The translations under genes were made by a program, and so were the position numbers. From NCBI GenBank assembly GCA_039630415.1, contig JBCNVB010000013.1:1-64000 (forward strand): a stretch of 64,000 nucleotides of DNA, in the 5' to 3' direction. The notes beneath the pieces are model-generated. The model ran no database searches. It worked only from the letters and a program-made list of their open reading frames with translations, and was not told the origin of the DNA. This DNA is from a bacterium (GTDB lineage: Bacteria > DRYD01). Positions within the stretch are counted from its first letter, which is position 1; every line of letters begins with the position of its first letter. Of this stretch, positions 9,894 through 20,300 are shown piece by piece.

Positions 9894-11212
9894 ATCAACT
9901 TTATCACAAAAGCATCCGAATCATTATTTTTGCTTACACTACCACCGGTAACAAAACGTCCAAATCGATTGTCTACAAAGATGGATTGTATCGTATCAGA
10001 TATACCACCTGCAATCCCATGAAAAACAATATAACCTCCATTTGCAAAAGAGGTATCTTTAGTACCATCGGGATTCAACCTACATACAAAAGCTCTATAA
10101 CCATGATCTGTTAAGAAGTCTCCTCCAACATAAACTTTACCTTGTAAATCAACATCGACCGAGAAAGCCCTCGATGAACTGTAATTAACAAATAACTGCA
10201 CAAACCCAGCATTTCCAAACTGAACTACATTATCCCCTGTAACAGTATCCAAACAAACTACAAACACTTTCGAAGAAAACCCACAAACATATAACCTTTG
10301 TCTTTTTCCATCTATAGCTATTGACCTACCTCTATCATGATTGCTACCACCCACTATACTGTCCAGTGTTACATATCCCTGGTAATTAAACGAAGTATCA
10401 AGGGATAAATCTTGCTGCTTAAGTTTTACAACCACTACATCTTGCTGTGTACTATCACTGTATTTGTCACCAACTACGTATACATACGTTGAATCACCAA
10501 CTATGTCATATGCGCCTTCAGCATAAATTAATGACGAATGTGAAGAGGAAGGTAAACTATAAGAAGTTATGACTTTACCGGTGTTATGATCTAGTTTAGC
10601 TACATGCAAACTGGTTCCTAGAAATCCAGCCACAAATATGCCCTGCGAATTGACAAACAAAGCATTAGCTACCAATCGATCCGACGGATCATAACCACCG
10701 ATTATTGACTGCTTAAAACCCGTCGGTTGCATAGTGTACGGGTCTATCTTGGTAACTACCATACGCTCAAGATCGTTCTTCTTCCCATAACCAGCAACGT
10801 ACAATGCATCTTTGAAAAAGAAAATGGAATTAGCAGAAACATATGAAATGTTTCCCAAGGTATCCAATTTGAAAGGACTTCCTAATTTTGTTCCCGTTGA
10901 ACTTATCTTGATAACAAGATTAGAAGATTCATTTTCAAAATCAGTGCGATGTACACATATGTATACGTTTCCTTTGTTGTCAACAGTTATCGATTTAGCA
11001 GTTTCTTCTTGATTCGTACCATAAATAAAGGCTGTATCTGCCTTATCATTGTTTTCCTTTAGGTTATCTACGTCCTTGTTAAGCATAGATCCAAAGGTTT
11101 TATCGATATATCCTTGAAGTTGCTTAGTTATACTACTACCTTTGGCGGTGGCTATCAAAAGTGTATTTACGACGATTATAAGTATAAGCGCAAGTAGTAT
11201 TAGTTTTATCAA
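9890..11212 (-). CDS. Exported beta-propeller protein with delta-60-like repeats
   Basis: N-terminal signal/TM; LDTSFNYQG and DTSFANGG repeats; C-terminal DAFVIKL; GGAGGTG SD with TTG start. Confidence 0.8.
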   Translation of the reverse strand: MIKLILLALILIIVVNTLLIATAKGSSITKQLQGYIDKTFGSMLNKDVDNLKENNDKADTAFIYGTNQEETAKSITVDNKGNVYICVHRTDFENESSNLVIKISSTGTKLGSPFKLDTLGNISYVSANSIFFFKDALYVAGYGKKNDLERMVVTKIDPYTMQPTGFKQSIIGGYDPSDRLVANALFVNSQGIFVAGFLGTSLHVAKLDHNTGKVITSYSLPSSSHSSLIYAEGAYDIVGDSTYVYVVGDKYSDSTQQDVVVVKLKQQDLSLDTSFNYQGYVTLDSIVGGSNHDRGRSIAIDGKRQRLYVCGFSSKVFVVCLDTVTGDNVVQFGNAGFVQLFVNYSSSRAFSVDVDLQGKVYVGGDFLTDHGYRAFVCRLNPDGTKDTSFANGGYIVFHGIAGGISDTIQSIFVDNRFGRFVTGGSVSKNNDSDAFVIKLI

Positions 11213-11339
11213 GTATATTCACCTCCTATTAAAAACAATCTAAAACACATAAGCTAAGGCTAATAAGCTTATATTTGATGTTTTAGAAAGTTTCCCTTCT
11301 TTAGATGTATTCTTTCATACAGTTTGGATATTAGGTGAT

Positions 11340-12845
11340 TCAGTCTATTTTGAGGACAAATATATCAGAATCGTACTCGTTATAAGTATAACCTGTTATG
11401 AAAATTCTTCCAAGCAGATCAGTATAGCTGGAAAATAAGGTATCTTGTCGATTAGATGCGGACCCTATGTTCGATATAACAAGTACCCCCCTTTTTGAAA
11501 ATGAAGTATCAATCTTACCCGTAGGTAGTAACCTTATTGCAAAACAATCAGACTTTTGTTGTTGATCAGAAGGGAAAAAGTTACCAAACAAGTATATATT
11601 CCCACGCTTATCTAGAGTGATGGATGAACACTGCTCCTTGTATTCAGATTGTTTATCAAAAATATCTATTACGGAAATTCCATTATTTCCGAAAGTTTTG
11701 TCTAACTGTCCATAGCTATTGAGTTTGAAAACCATAATATCTTGATCTTGTCCCTTTTCAGCTTGCCCACCTACATACAATTTCTCTCCTATCCCAACAT
11801 GGATTATGGTAGGAGAACAACGACTATAGTTACCTACCTTCGACAAAGTAAATATACCCTTCTGACCAAACGTTTTATCCAATCCTTTCGGGGTTGCTTT
11901 TAGAATTAACATATAATCACCGGTAAGAGTTTGTACATCCGGTAACACATACACTGATGCATATACGCAATTGTTTCTACCTAAAGAAATGTCAATCAAC
12001 ATGTTATTACGTTTGTTAGGTAACAAGTCAGATATGACTATTTTTCCACTGGAACCAAACGAAGTATCTTTGTTACCATTAAGATTTAACTTATATAAAA
12101 GTCCCGTAGAGAATAGGTTTAAATTAGCATCTATGGTAAATTCTGAACATCCAACATACATCGACTGCTTTTTGTCTATTATGATATCTTGCAATATTGA
12201 ATTACGAATAATTACAAAACCCTTATCACCAAATGATTCCTGTATTTTACCATTGGGATCAATTTTCATTATAACTGAAACGTTTTCACTTTCGTATTCT
12301 CCCTTTGGAATACTACCGTAGAATCCGACATAAAACTGCCTTTTATGGTTGATTAAACTAACCGTTGATTCTACTTTTATATTGTTAGGTAGATTGGGAA
12401 TTTTTATTATTCCGTTGGATCCGAAGGTTTTGTCAAGAGAGCCATTAGAGTTTAGCTTAGCTATGAATGGTATGGAGGAAGACTTTTGTGAATCTATGTA
12501 TGAGGTGCCAGCAACGTATATTTTACCCCGCGGCTCTACTATTATCTCAGTAGATTCTTCAAATGGATAGCCATTTACGAGATTTTTTATAATTATACCA
12601 TTATCGGGGTAAGGATCGTAGTTATCTATGTTTCGTTGAAGTTTATTACCAAATACATCGGATACTTTACCAACAATCACACTCGTCCAAGTTTTACCAC
12701 TGTATCTTTTCTTGGGTACTTTACTCTTATCTGACAAATTCTGAGCTTGTAGTAAGTATATCAACATCAAACATAGAAAAATTGCTAATAATCCATACTT
12801 AAATAAAATATTTTTCAAGACACTACGTATTACTAACTTTGTCAT
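11340..12845 (-). CDS. Exported beta-propeller protein with delta-60-like repeats
   Basis: Signal/TM; multiple LDKTFG.NG repeats; C-terminal DIFVLKI. Confidence 0.82.
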   Translation of the reverse strand: MTKLVIRSVLKNILFKYGLLAIFLCLMLIYLLQAQNLSDKSKVPKKRYSGKTWTSVIVGKVSDVFGNKLQRNIDNYDPYPDNGIIIKNLVNGYPFEESTEIIVEPRGKIYVAGTSYIDSQKSSSIPFIAKLNSNGSLDKTFGSNGIIKIPNLPNNIKVESTVSLINHKRQFYVGFYGSIPKGEYESENVSVIMKIDPNGKIQESFGDKGFVIIRNSILQDIIIDKKQSMYVGCSEFTIDANLNLFSTGLLYKLNLNGNKDTSFGSSGKIVISDLLPNKRNNMLIDISLGRNNCVYASVYVLPDVQTLTGDYMLILKATPKGLDKTFGQKGIFTLSKVGNYSRCSPTIIHVGIGEKLYVGGQAEKGQDQDIMVFKLNSYGQLDKTFGNNGISVIDIFDKQSEYKEQCSSITLDKRGNIYLFGNFFPSDQQQKSDCFAIRLLPTGKIDTSFSKRGVLVISNIGSASNRQDTLFSSYTDLLGRIFITGYTYNEYDSDIFVLKID

Positions 12846-14230
12846 ATGTTTTCAATTTTGAGAACTATTAAATCCGTATTTTGTTTTGGTATATTGGGGT
12901 AATATTTACCCGTACTAAAGCCAGTAACAAAGATATTTAGGTTTTTGTCCAAATCCATGGAGAGTGCTACGTCAGCGTAATTACCCCCAGCTATATTGCT
13001 TACAATAATGAATCCATTTTTTACAAAGGAGTTATCTATTTTACCTTTAGTATTTATCCTTCCAACGATCAATTCGCTATTCAACTCGCTGTTAACACTA
13101 TGTCCCGCTATGTATATCCTACCCTTATTGTCTGTTTTGATAGATTTCGCGATATCATCCGTTTTTCCTCCAGCTATGTTATCTATAAGTACCATACCGT
13201 TTGAACCAAAAGAAGTATCAAGATCTCCCTTCTGATCGTATTTGAGAAGTATTATATCAAAATACGTTTTTTCTGTATTAATAGCGACGTATAGGTTATT
13301 GTTTTCATCTATGCAACTATCGGAAAATTGATCTTCTTGACTGTTGTAGTCGAATATAATTTTACCATTGTTAGCAAAGCTTGTATCAATACTACCGTCT
13401 TGGTTTAGCTTAATGATGAAGACATCTTTGTTGGGTTCCGGATGATTTGGGTTTACCCCCGATCCAGCAACTAACATCTTCTGTTGATTATCAAATATTA
13501 GATCAATTACGTATTCTTCTTTTAGGGATGTTTGTAAACTTAAAAAACCTTCGGATCCAAAGGTTTTATCAAAATTACCATTTTGATCAAGTTTCAATAA
13601 GAAGGGGTAAATTTCTCGATTACCGACTACATAAACGTAGTGGTCTTTATCTACGTATATCTCTTCTAAACTGACAATTTCTTGCTGGTTATTAGATATC
13701 TTTACGATTCCATTTTGTCCAAACGATATGTCTAAATCTCCTTTGTAGTTGAATCTCGCTACAAATCCTTTAGATTGCCAATAGCTTCCAATTAGGTATA
13801 TTTTCTGATCTCTGACATAAAGTGAATTTGAATCAAAAAGATGAATATCATCTACTTTGTCGATTACTACGATTCCATTTTTACCGAAGTTGGGATTAAG
13901 TTTTCCGTCGGTATCGATGTTTATAAGGATTGGATCAAGGTTTTGTCCGTTAAAGCTATGACCACAAATAAATACTTGGTTATCTGGTGCTACAAATAAT
14001 GCATTTCCAATATCACTTATTACTCCACCTGCTATGTTGTCAAGTACTAAAGCACTATCAAAACCTTCATCAACATTATCAATATTCCTACCTAATGGAT
14101 TACCAAAATTGGATGATAAAATAAACTTTTCAACTTTTTTACCTTCAATAAAGACAAGACTTATAAAAAATATGATAAAAGCAATTATGATCTTAAAAAC
14201 CAAACCTCTTGTAAAATTACCCCTACCCAT
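12842..14230 (-). CDS. Delta-60-repeat beta-propeller 'partner' protein, module 3
   Basis: Clear paralogue of 15812-17236 and 18885-20291 (NFGNPLGRNIDNVD, DNIAGG, YVRDQKIYLIG, ...VLKIENI); start ATG 14230 (track gives 14245). Confidence 0.82.
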   Translation of the reverse strand: MGRGNFTRGLVFKIIIAFIIFFISLVFIEGKKVEKFILSSNFGNPLGRNIDNVDEGFDSALVLDNIAGGVISDIGNALFVAPDNQVFICGHSFNGQNLDPILINIDTDGKLNPNFGKNGIVVIDKVDDIHLFDSNSLYVRDQKIYLIGSYWQSKGFVARFNYKGDLDISFGQNGIVKISNNQQEIVSLEEIYVDKDHYVYVVGNREIYPFLLKLDQNGNFDKTFGSEGFLSLQTSLKEEYVIDLIFDNQQKMLVAGSGVNPNHPEPNKDVFIIKLNQDGSIDTSFANNGKIIFDYNSQEDQFSDSCIDENNNLYVAINTEKTYFDIILLKYDQKGDLDTSFGSNGMVLIDNIAGGKTDDIAKSIKTDNKGRIYIAGHSVNSELNSELIVGRINTKGKIDNSFVKNGFIIVSNIAGGNYADVALSMDLDKNLNIFVTGFSTGKYYPNIPKQNTDLIVLKIENI

Positions 14231-14256
14231 CCTACCTAAGAACAATTCATATTAAC

Positions 14257-14284
14257 CTTTGGGGAGGAAATGCCACCCCCAAAG
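14257..14284 (-). terminator. Stem-loop between lipoprotein and partner gene (module 3)
   Basis: CTTTGGGGAGG...CCACCCCCAAAG inverted repeat. Confidence 0.6.
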
Positions 14285-14316
14285 AAAGCTTAATAAAACT
14301 ACATGTAAATGAATCT

Positions 14317-15723
14317 TTAATCTAGTCTTATAGTTATTGAATCTGCGTCACTGCTTATTGCACTATATCCTGTTACAAATATTGAATTTCCCATAATAAA
14401 GATTGAATACAGTCTATCATAAGCATTTGGCCCTTTAACATCTTTGATTCTATATACTCCGTTAGGTGCTATGCTTATATCTAAAACTCCCGTTGGTGTT
14501 AATCTAATTAAGAATCCATCATGTTTTAGTTGGGAACTTGTATCAGTATCAAGAGTACCAACAACGTATATTCTACCTTGAGAGTCAACTGTACAATCTT
14601 GCGGTATTTCCGGAGTGTCTCCTTGTAACAGGTTTTGTCTAAAAATTCCATTAATTGCGAAATTGGGATATGGATTACCGTTTGAAGGATTTATCTTTAC
14701 TACGAATATATTACCTTGATTAGAGTTATCATAAACTTCTCCTACCAAGAATATACCGTTAGAGGTTACAGAAAGACTTGATGGATATACTTGAGTTGAG
14801 TTTGGTATGTTAACCGTAGTAATTCCACCGTTAAAACTACTTACAAGCTGTCCTTGTGGAGTAGCAAGATTTACTGCAGCTACTATTAATTGATTATTTT
14901 GAGTTCTTTCTGCCATAATGTACAATGTATTTTGAAGTACATCTGAATCAACATATCTTTCTGAAACATTTGGATCACCAAATTCAAATCTATCAACGTT
15001 GAGTCCACCATAGTTTTGATCTAAAATTCCTTGTGAGTTTACCTTTGCCACCGCTAACTGACCTGAAATATGATATGATACAAAAAGATTGTTATTGTAT
15101 ATATGTAAACCTAATTGACTACTAGTAGTATGTGGTATATGGCATACTCCATTGTTTCCAAAAGTATTATCAAAACTACCATTATTTATGTCATGTTTTG
15201 TTATCACTGGTTGATATTAAAGCACACCTACTTCATTACTTGAAAGAACAAAGAAATGAGTTTGAGTAAATTCAATATCTTCAAACTCTTCTAAGTTAAT
15301 CGTATTATTTAGAAGGTTATTCATAACGATGGTACCTTGAGTGAAATTATATAGTATGTTAAAAGTTTGCCCATTATATGGATTATATCGTCTTACAAAT
15401 ACAGCTTCATCGTTTAGTCCTACAGTCGTGGTTCCTGCAACATATAGAGTGTTGTTATGTACTATATTTAATTCTCCTATGTCGTCAGTACCTTGTTGTC
15501 CCCCTATTGAATCATCTCGTATTCCTCTATCATTATTACCGTCACCATCTATATCTGTATTTAAAGGTCCACCAAAGTTATTAGAAGGATTGAACGCAAA
15601 ACTTATTACATTACCTCCAATTATATTGGACCTACTTTTATTACACGCAGACAAATACAACGCAAGTAAAGATAAAATTACTGATACTGTTATCATGCCT
15701 ATTATTCTCAAACTTGTATTCAT
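14317..15723 (-). pseudogene. Beta-propeller lipoprotein, module 3, interrupted by one in-frame TAA at 15217-15219
   Basis: Lipobox LYLSA-C. Track ORFs 15217-15747 and 14317-15207 are in the same frame (...GVL*YQPVITKHD...) and together align to intact 17307-18848. Confidence 0.8.
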
Positions 15724-15811
15724 CTTTATTAACCTCCTATTTATCAACCTCTTAATAGAATAGGATTCGACAAAACTTTGAACTTTCCCTGTAATTATAT
15801 CACCATTATTT

Positions 15812-17236
15812 TCATATATTTTCTATTTTGAGAACGATAAAATCTGTATTTTGTTTGGGTATATTTGGATGAATTCTTCCTGTACTGTAACCAGTAATAA
15901 AAATATCAAAGTTTTTATCCAAGTCTATAGAGGTTGCTACGTCTGAATACTTACCTCCAGCTATGTTATCTACTAAAATAAATCCATTCTTACCAAAGGA
16001 AGTATCTATTTGACCTTTGTTATTTATTCTAACAACCATTAGTTGAGTATCTATGTTAGCTTTCAAAATTGCTCCAGCTAAGTATATCCTGCCTTTGCTA
16101 TCTACTTTCATAGAGTTAACGAATTTATCTTTTTTTTCTCCAAGTACTTTGTCTATAATTACCATACCTTTTTTACCAAATGAACTATCGGGATATCCTT
16201 TGTGATTGTATTTTAGAACGATTATATCGCGGTAGTCTTGTCCCGTATCGATTGCAACATACAGGTTGTTATTTTTATCTACGTAAATATCCGAGCATGC
16301 GTCTGGTTGATTTTTATAGTCAAATATAATTTTACCCTTATTTGCAAAAGTTGTATCAAAAGTGCCATTTTGATTTAGTTTAATAATGAAAACGTCTTCC
16401 TTAGTTTTCGAATTTTCTCCAGATCCACTAAGTAAAATCTTTTGCTGATTATCAAACACTAAATTACTTAATAACGCTTTTTTTAAAGGTGTTTGCAAAA
16501 ACAGAAAACCATTGGATCCAAAACTTTTGTCAAAATTACCATTTTGATCTAGCTTAAGCAGGAAAGAATTTATATTGTACTCTTGCTTTTTAGAATCTAC
16601 ATTTTTATACTCATGAAAGTTTCCGATAACAAAAACGTTATGATTTTTATCTACGTATATCTCTCGTAGACTAACTATTTCTTCTTTTTTATCCTTATTC
16701 TCTATCTTTACTATTCCGTTTTTCCCAAAGGAATTATCAAGTTTTCCTTCGTAGTTAAACCTTGCCACAAAACCCTTAGATTTCCAGTAATCTCCGATTA
16801 AGTATATTTTCTGGTCCCTAACGTAGATTGATTCTGAGTCAAACAGGTGAATATCATCTACTTTATCGATTACTAAGATTCCGTTATCACCAAAGTTGGA
16901 GTTGAACCTTCCATTGGTGTCGACGTTAATAATGATCGGATCGACATTTTTACCATTGAAACTATATCCGCATATGAATATCTGATTATCCGGTGCAACG
17001 AATATTTTTCTTCCTACATCTATGTATACTCCACCGGCTATATTATCAAGAACTAGTCCACTATCAGGTTTATCATCAACGTTATCAATATTTCTACCAA
17101 GTAGGTTACCAAAATTGGGTGATAAAGTGATTTTTTCAATTTTCTTAGCTTGAATAATCAAAATGGTTATAAGTCCTAAAATTAAAGAGCTAATCGTTTT
17201 TAGGATTAGTTTTCTTGTAAAACTACTTTTATTCAT
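15812..17236 (-). CDS. Delta-60-repeat beta-propeller 'partner' protein, module 2
   Basis: Signal/TM; paralogue of 12842-14230. Confidence 0.85.
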   Translation of the reverse strand: MNKSSFTRKLILKTISSLILGLITILIIQAKKIEKITLSPNFGNLLGRNIDNVDDKPDSGLVLDNIAGGVYIDVGRKIFVAPDNQIFICGYSFNGKNVDPIIINVDTNGRFNSNFGDNGILVIDKVDDIHLFDSESIYVRDQKIYLIGDYWKSKGFVARFNYEGKLDNSFGKNGIVKIENKDKKEEIVSLREIYVDKNHNVFVIGNFHEYKNVDSKKQEYNINSFLLKLDQNGNFDKSFGSNGFLFLQTPLKKALLSNLVFDNQQKILLSGSGENSKTKEDVFIIKLNQNGTFDTTFANKGKIIFDYKNQPDACSDIYVDKNNNLYVAIDTGQDYRDIIVLKYNHKGYPDSSFGKKGMVIIDKVLGEKKDKFVNSMKVDSKGRIYLAGAILKANIDTQLMVVRINNKGQIDTSFGKNGFILVDNIAGGKYSDVATSIDLDKNFDIFITGYSTGRIHPNIPKQNTDFIVLKIENI

Positions 17237-17258
17237 GCTTTTTATGATAAACCTTAAA

Positions 17259-17279
17259 GGGGGCGGTAAAGCCGCCCCC
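17259..17279 (-). terminator. Stem-loop between lipoprotein and partner gene (module 2)
   Basis: GGGGGCGG-TAAAG-CCGCCCCC perfect 8-bp stem. Confidence 0.7.
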
Positions 17280-17306
17280 CAAAGATTCCGCCTTTTTGAT
17301 TAAGTT

Positions 17307-18848
17307 TTATGGTGTATTTGGAATAAGTTTTATGGTTATTGATTCATAGTTGTTATTGGGACCACTATAGCCAGTTATGAATATAGTATTGTTATTTATG
17401 ATGATTGAGTGGAAAACATCTGTTGCAGCATTGGCTGATGCTATGTCTCTAAATCTTAATACTCCGTTTTGCCCTCCTAAACCGGTATCTAACGTACCAT
17501 TTGAGTTTAGTCTTATTAAAAATGCATTTTCTTCTATTTGTGATGTAGGATCAAAATCCATACTACCAACTATGTATATTTTGTTATCTTGAGGATTTAT
17601 GGCGAAAGCGTGTGGTATTTCAAATGAGTTAGCTCCCAGTATGTTGTCTATATAAATACCCATGCCTTGCGTTCCAAATCCTGTAGCTAATTGTCCATTG
17701 GGTTGCAATTTCCCTACTATAATGCATTGATCATTTGAGAAGATTGTACTACCAAGTACGAATATATTTCCACTGGTATCTGTTTGGATATCTTCAAGGA
17801 ATATACCGGAACCTTGTGGTACCTGAAATCTAACAGTTCCACTACTTCCAAAGCTACTATGAGGTGATTCGGTTAATAAATTTAATGCAGATATATGTAT
17901 CTTTGATTGATTAGGATTAGGAGCATTTATTTCTTCAGCAAGAATGTACAAAATGTTTCCATGTTTTGCAGAGCCTTTATGAAATAGTTGATGATTTTGA
18001 ATAGGAGGAACAGAAAAATTGAAATTTTGATCAATTACACCGTCAAGATCTGACTTTCTCACTATCAAATGAAGGTGATTTTGATCACTAGGATCCTTAA
18101 CACTTGCCGCAATGTATATGAAATTGTTATGTATATGAAAGCTTGCGCTATAAACGTCAGGTTGATCTAAGTATAATGCTTCATTGCCATTAGCAAAACT
18201 ACCATCTCTTGCACCAGTATTTACATCATGTCTAGTAAGTATCAATTCATAAGTACCGCTTTGTGTTTTTTGTCCTGTGAGAACAAAAATGTGATTTTGG
18301 TGGATTTTCATATCAAAGAAAGAATCTACATTTATATTTTGATTTTGAAGTTGTATGGTATTTAGAATTACGGAACTATTATTCCCAAAGTTATACAGTA
18401 TATTACTTATTTGTCCACTAGTTGTATTTAGCCTAGTAATAAATACTGCCCTGTCGTTTTGGCTAGCAAAAGTATTTCCTGCTACTAGCAAATTATTATT
18501 GTGAAGTATATTGATTAGACCCTCATCATTCACATTTTGAGCTCCTGCTACATCTGTGATAATAACGACTCTATCGTTTTGAGTATTACCATCACCATTT
18601 ATATCTCTGTTTACTTGCTGACCAAAGTTAGTATCGAATACAAAAGCTGAACCTCCACCGCCTCCTCCACCACCGCCGCCTCCTCCACCACCGCCACCAC
18701 CTCCGCCTCCACCTCCGCCTCCACCTCCACCAACACCTCCAACTATACCAGAACTACCACCCGTATTACATGCAGATAAATATAACGTAAGTAAGCTCAG
18801 TATTATTGATACTACCATTATGCTTATTATTTTCATGTTTGTTTTCAT
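17307..18848 (-). CDS. Beta-propeller lipoprotein with poly-Gly tether, module 2 (intact)
   Basis: Lipobox LYLSA-C; 27 consecutive Gly; DINGDG motif; delta-60-like repeats. Confidence 0.85.
   Translation of the reverse strand: MKTNMKIISIMVVSIILSLLTLYLSACNTGGSSGIVGGVGGGGGGGGGGGGGGGGGGGGGGGGGGGSAFVFDTNFGQQVNRDINGDGNTQNDRVVIITDVAGAQNVNDEGLINILHNNNLLVAGNTFASQNDRAVFITRLNTTSGQISNILYNFGNNSSVILNTIQLQNQNINVDSFFDMKIHQNHIFVLTGQKTQSGTYELILTRHDVNTGARDGSFANGNEALYLDQPDVYSASFHIHNNFIYIAASVKDPSDQNHLHLIVRKSDLDGVIDQNFNFSVPPIQNHQLFHKGSAKHGNILYILAEEINAPNPNQSKIHISALNLLTESPHSSFGSSGTVRFQVPQGSGIFLEDIQTDTSGNIFVLGSTIFSNDQCIIVGKLQPNGQLATGFGTQGMGIYIDNILGANSFEIPHAFAINPQDNKIYIVGSMDFDPTSQIEENAFLIRLNSNGTLDTGLGGQNGVLRFRDIASANAATDVFHSIIINNNTIFITGYSGPNNNYESITIKLIPNTP
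18651..18731 (-). repeat. Poly-Gly coding tract (27 GGN codons)
   Basis: Mixed GGT/GGA/GGC codons counted from the sequence. Confidence 0.9.
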
Positions 18849-18884
18849 TGTTTACTCACCCCCCTCTTTTTAGCTACTTTGTTT

Positions 18885-20291
18885 TCATATGTTTTGTATT
18901 TTAAGAACGATCAAATCTAGATTTTCTTTTTTTGTTTTAGGTGGTTTTCCTGCACTAAAGCCAGTAACAAAAATATTTAGGTTTCTATCTAAGTCTATAG
19001 ATGATGCTACATCTGCATATTTGCCCCCTGCTATGTTGTCTACAACAACAAATCCATTTTTACCAAAAGAAGTATCTATACCACCTTTACCGTCAATCCT
19101 TCCGACAATTAGTTGACTATCTGAATCACTTATAAAACGTGCTCCAGCTATGTATATCCTACCCTTATCGTCTACCTTAATTGAGCTAACAGTTTTATCT
19201 GTTTTCTCTCCTAGGATGTTATCTATTATTACCATGCCATTTAAACCGAAAGAAGTATCAATGTATCCTTCGGGAGTATATTTTAAAACGAGTATATCAC
19301 GGTGTTTTTGACGTGTGTTAATAGCAGCGTACAGGTTGTTATTTTTATCAATGCACATGCTTACATATTGATCTTCCCGACCCTGGTAATCAAATAAAAC
19401 TTTACCGCTATCTGCAAAAGCGATATCAAAGTTACCATCTTGACTTAACTTGACAATGAAAATATCATGGTTACTTTTTGAATTTATACCATGTCCACCG
19501 AGTAGAATGTTTTGGTGATTATCAAATAGCAATTCTGTTACTGTTGCCTCTTTCAGGGGTATTTGCAAAAATAGAAATCCATCTGATCCAAACGTTTTAT
19601 CAAAATCGCCATTTTGATCAAGCTTTAATACGAATGGATTTACATAGGAATCAACTGAGTTTTTTTCAATTACAGGTTTGAATTCAACGAAGTTTCCAGC
19701 TATATAGGCATTATGATTTTGATCTACATATATTTTTCTTGGAGCAACGATTGTATGTTGATCATTTTGTGCTTTTATTTTTACGATTCCATTCGTTCCA
19801 AAGAATCTATCTAGTCTACCTTTATAATTAAACCTTAGTACAAATCCTTTTGCTAGGTAATCTTGTCCAATCAAGTATATTTTCTGATCTCTAACATAAA
19901 GTGATTCGGCACTATTCAAATTTGTATGGTTTAGTTTTCGTATGACTACAATTCCATTTTTTCCAAAATTAGGGTTAAGTTTTCCATCAGTGTTAATGTT
20001 TAGAAGAACTGGATCGGCATCTTCCCCATTAAAACTGAAACCACAGACAAATACTTGATTATCTGGTGCGACAAATATTGCAGCTCCCATATCAGCTACT
20101 ACTCCACCAGCTAAGTTATCAAGTACCAAAGCACTATCATGTTTTTCATCAACATTATCAATATTCCTACCCAGTGGATTGCCAAAATTAGGTGATAACC
20201 TAACTTTTTCAAACTTCTCAGCTTGAATAACAAAAAGACTTGCTAATCCTACAATCAAGCTTACTACAATTTTTATAACTACCTTACCCAT
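18885..20291 (-). CDS. Delta-60-repeat beta-propeller 'partner' protein, module 1
   Basis: Signal/TM; paralogue of the other two partners. Confidence 0.85.
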   Translation of the reverse strand: MGKVVIKIVVSLIVGLASLFVIQAEKFEKVRLSPNFGNPLGRNIDNVDEKHDSALVLDNLAGGVVADMGAAIFVAPDNQVFVCGFSFNGEDADPVLLNINTDGKLNPNFGKNGIVVIRKLNHTNLNSAESLYVRDQKIYLIGQDYLAKGFVLRFNYKGRLDRFFGTNGIVKIKAQNDQHTIVAPRKIYVDQNHNAYIAGNFVEFKPVIEKNSVDSYVNPFVLKLDQNGDFDKTFGSDGFLFLQIPLKEATVTELLFDNHQNILLGGHGINSKSNHDIFIVKLSQDGNFDIAFADSGKVLFDYQGREDQYVSMCIDKNNNLYAAINTRQKHRDILVLKYTPEGYIDTSFGLNGMVIIDNILGEKTDKTVSSIKVDDKGRIYIAGARFISDSDSQLIVGRIDGKGGIDTSFGKNGFVVVDNIAGGKYADVASSIDLDRNLNIFVTGFSAGKPPKTKKENLDLIVLKIQNI

Positions 20292-20300
20292 ACATTAGTT

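Noticed and set aside
15217-15219. Stop-codon recoding (Sec/Pyl or alternative code)
   Set aside because: The codon is TAA, which terminates many ordinary genes in this window
18651-18731. ON/OFF phase-variation tract
   Set aside because: Mixed triplet codons; slippage would keep the frame and only change linker length
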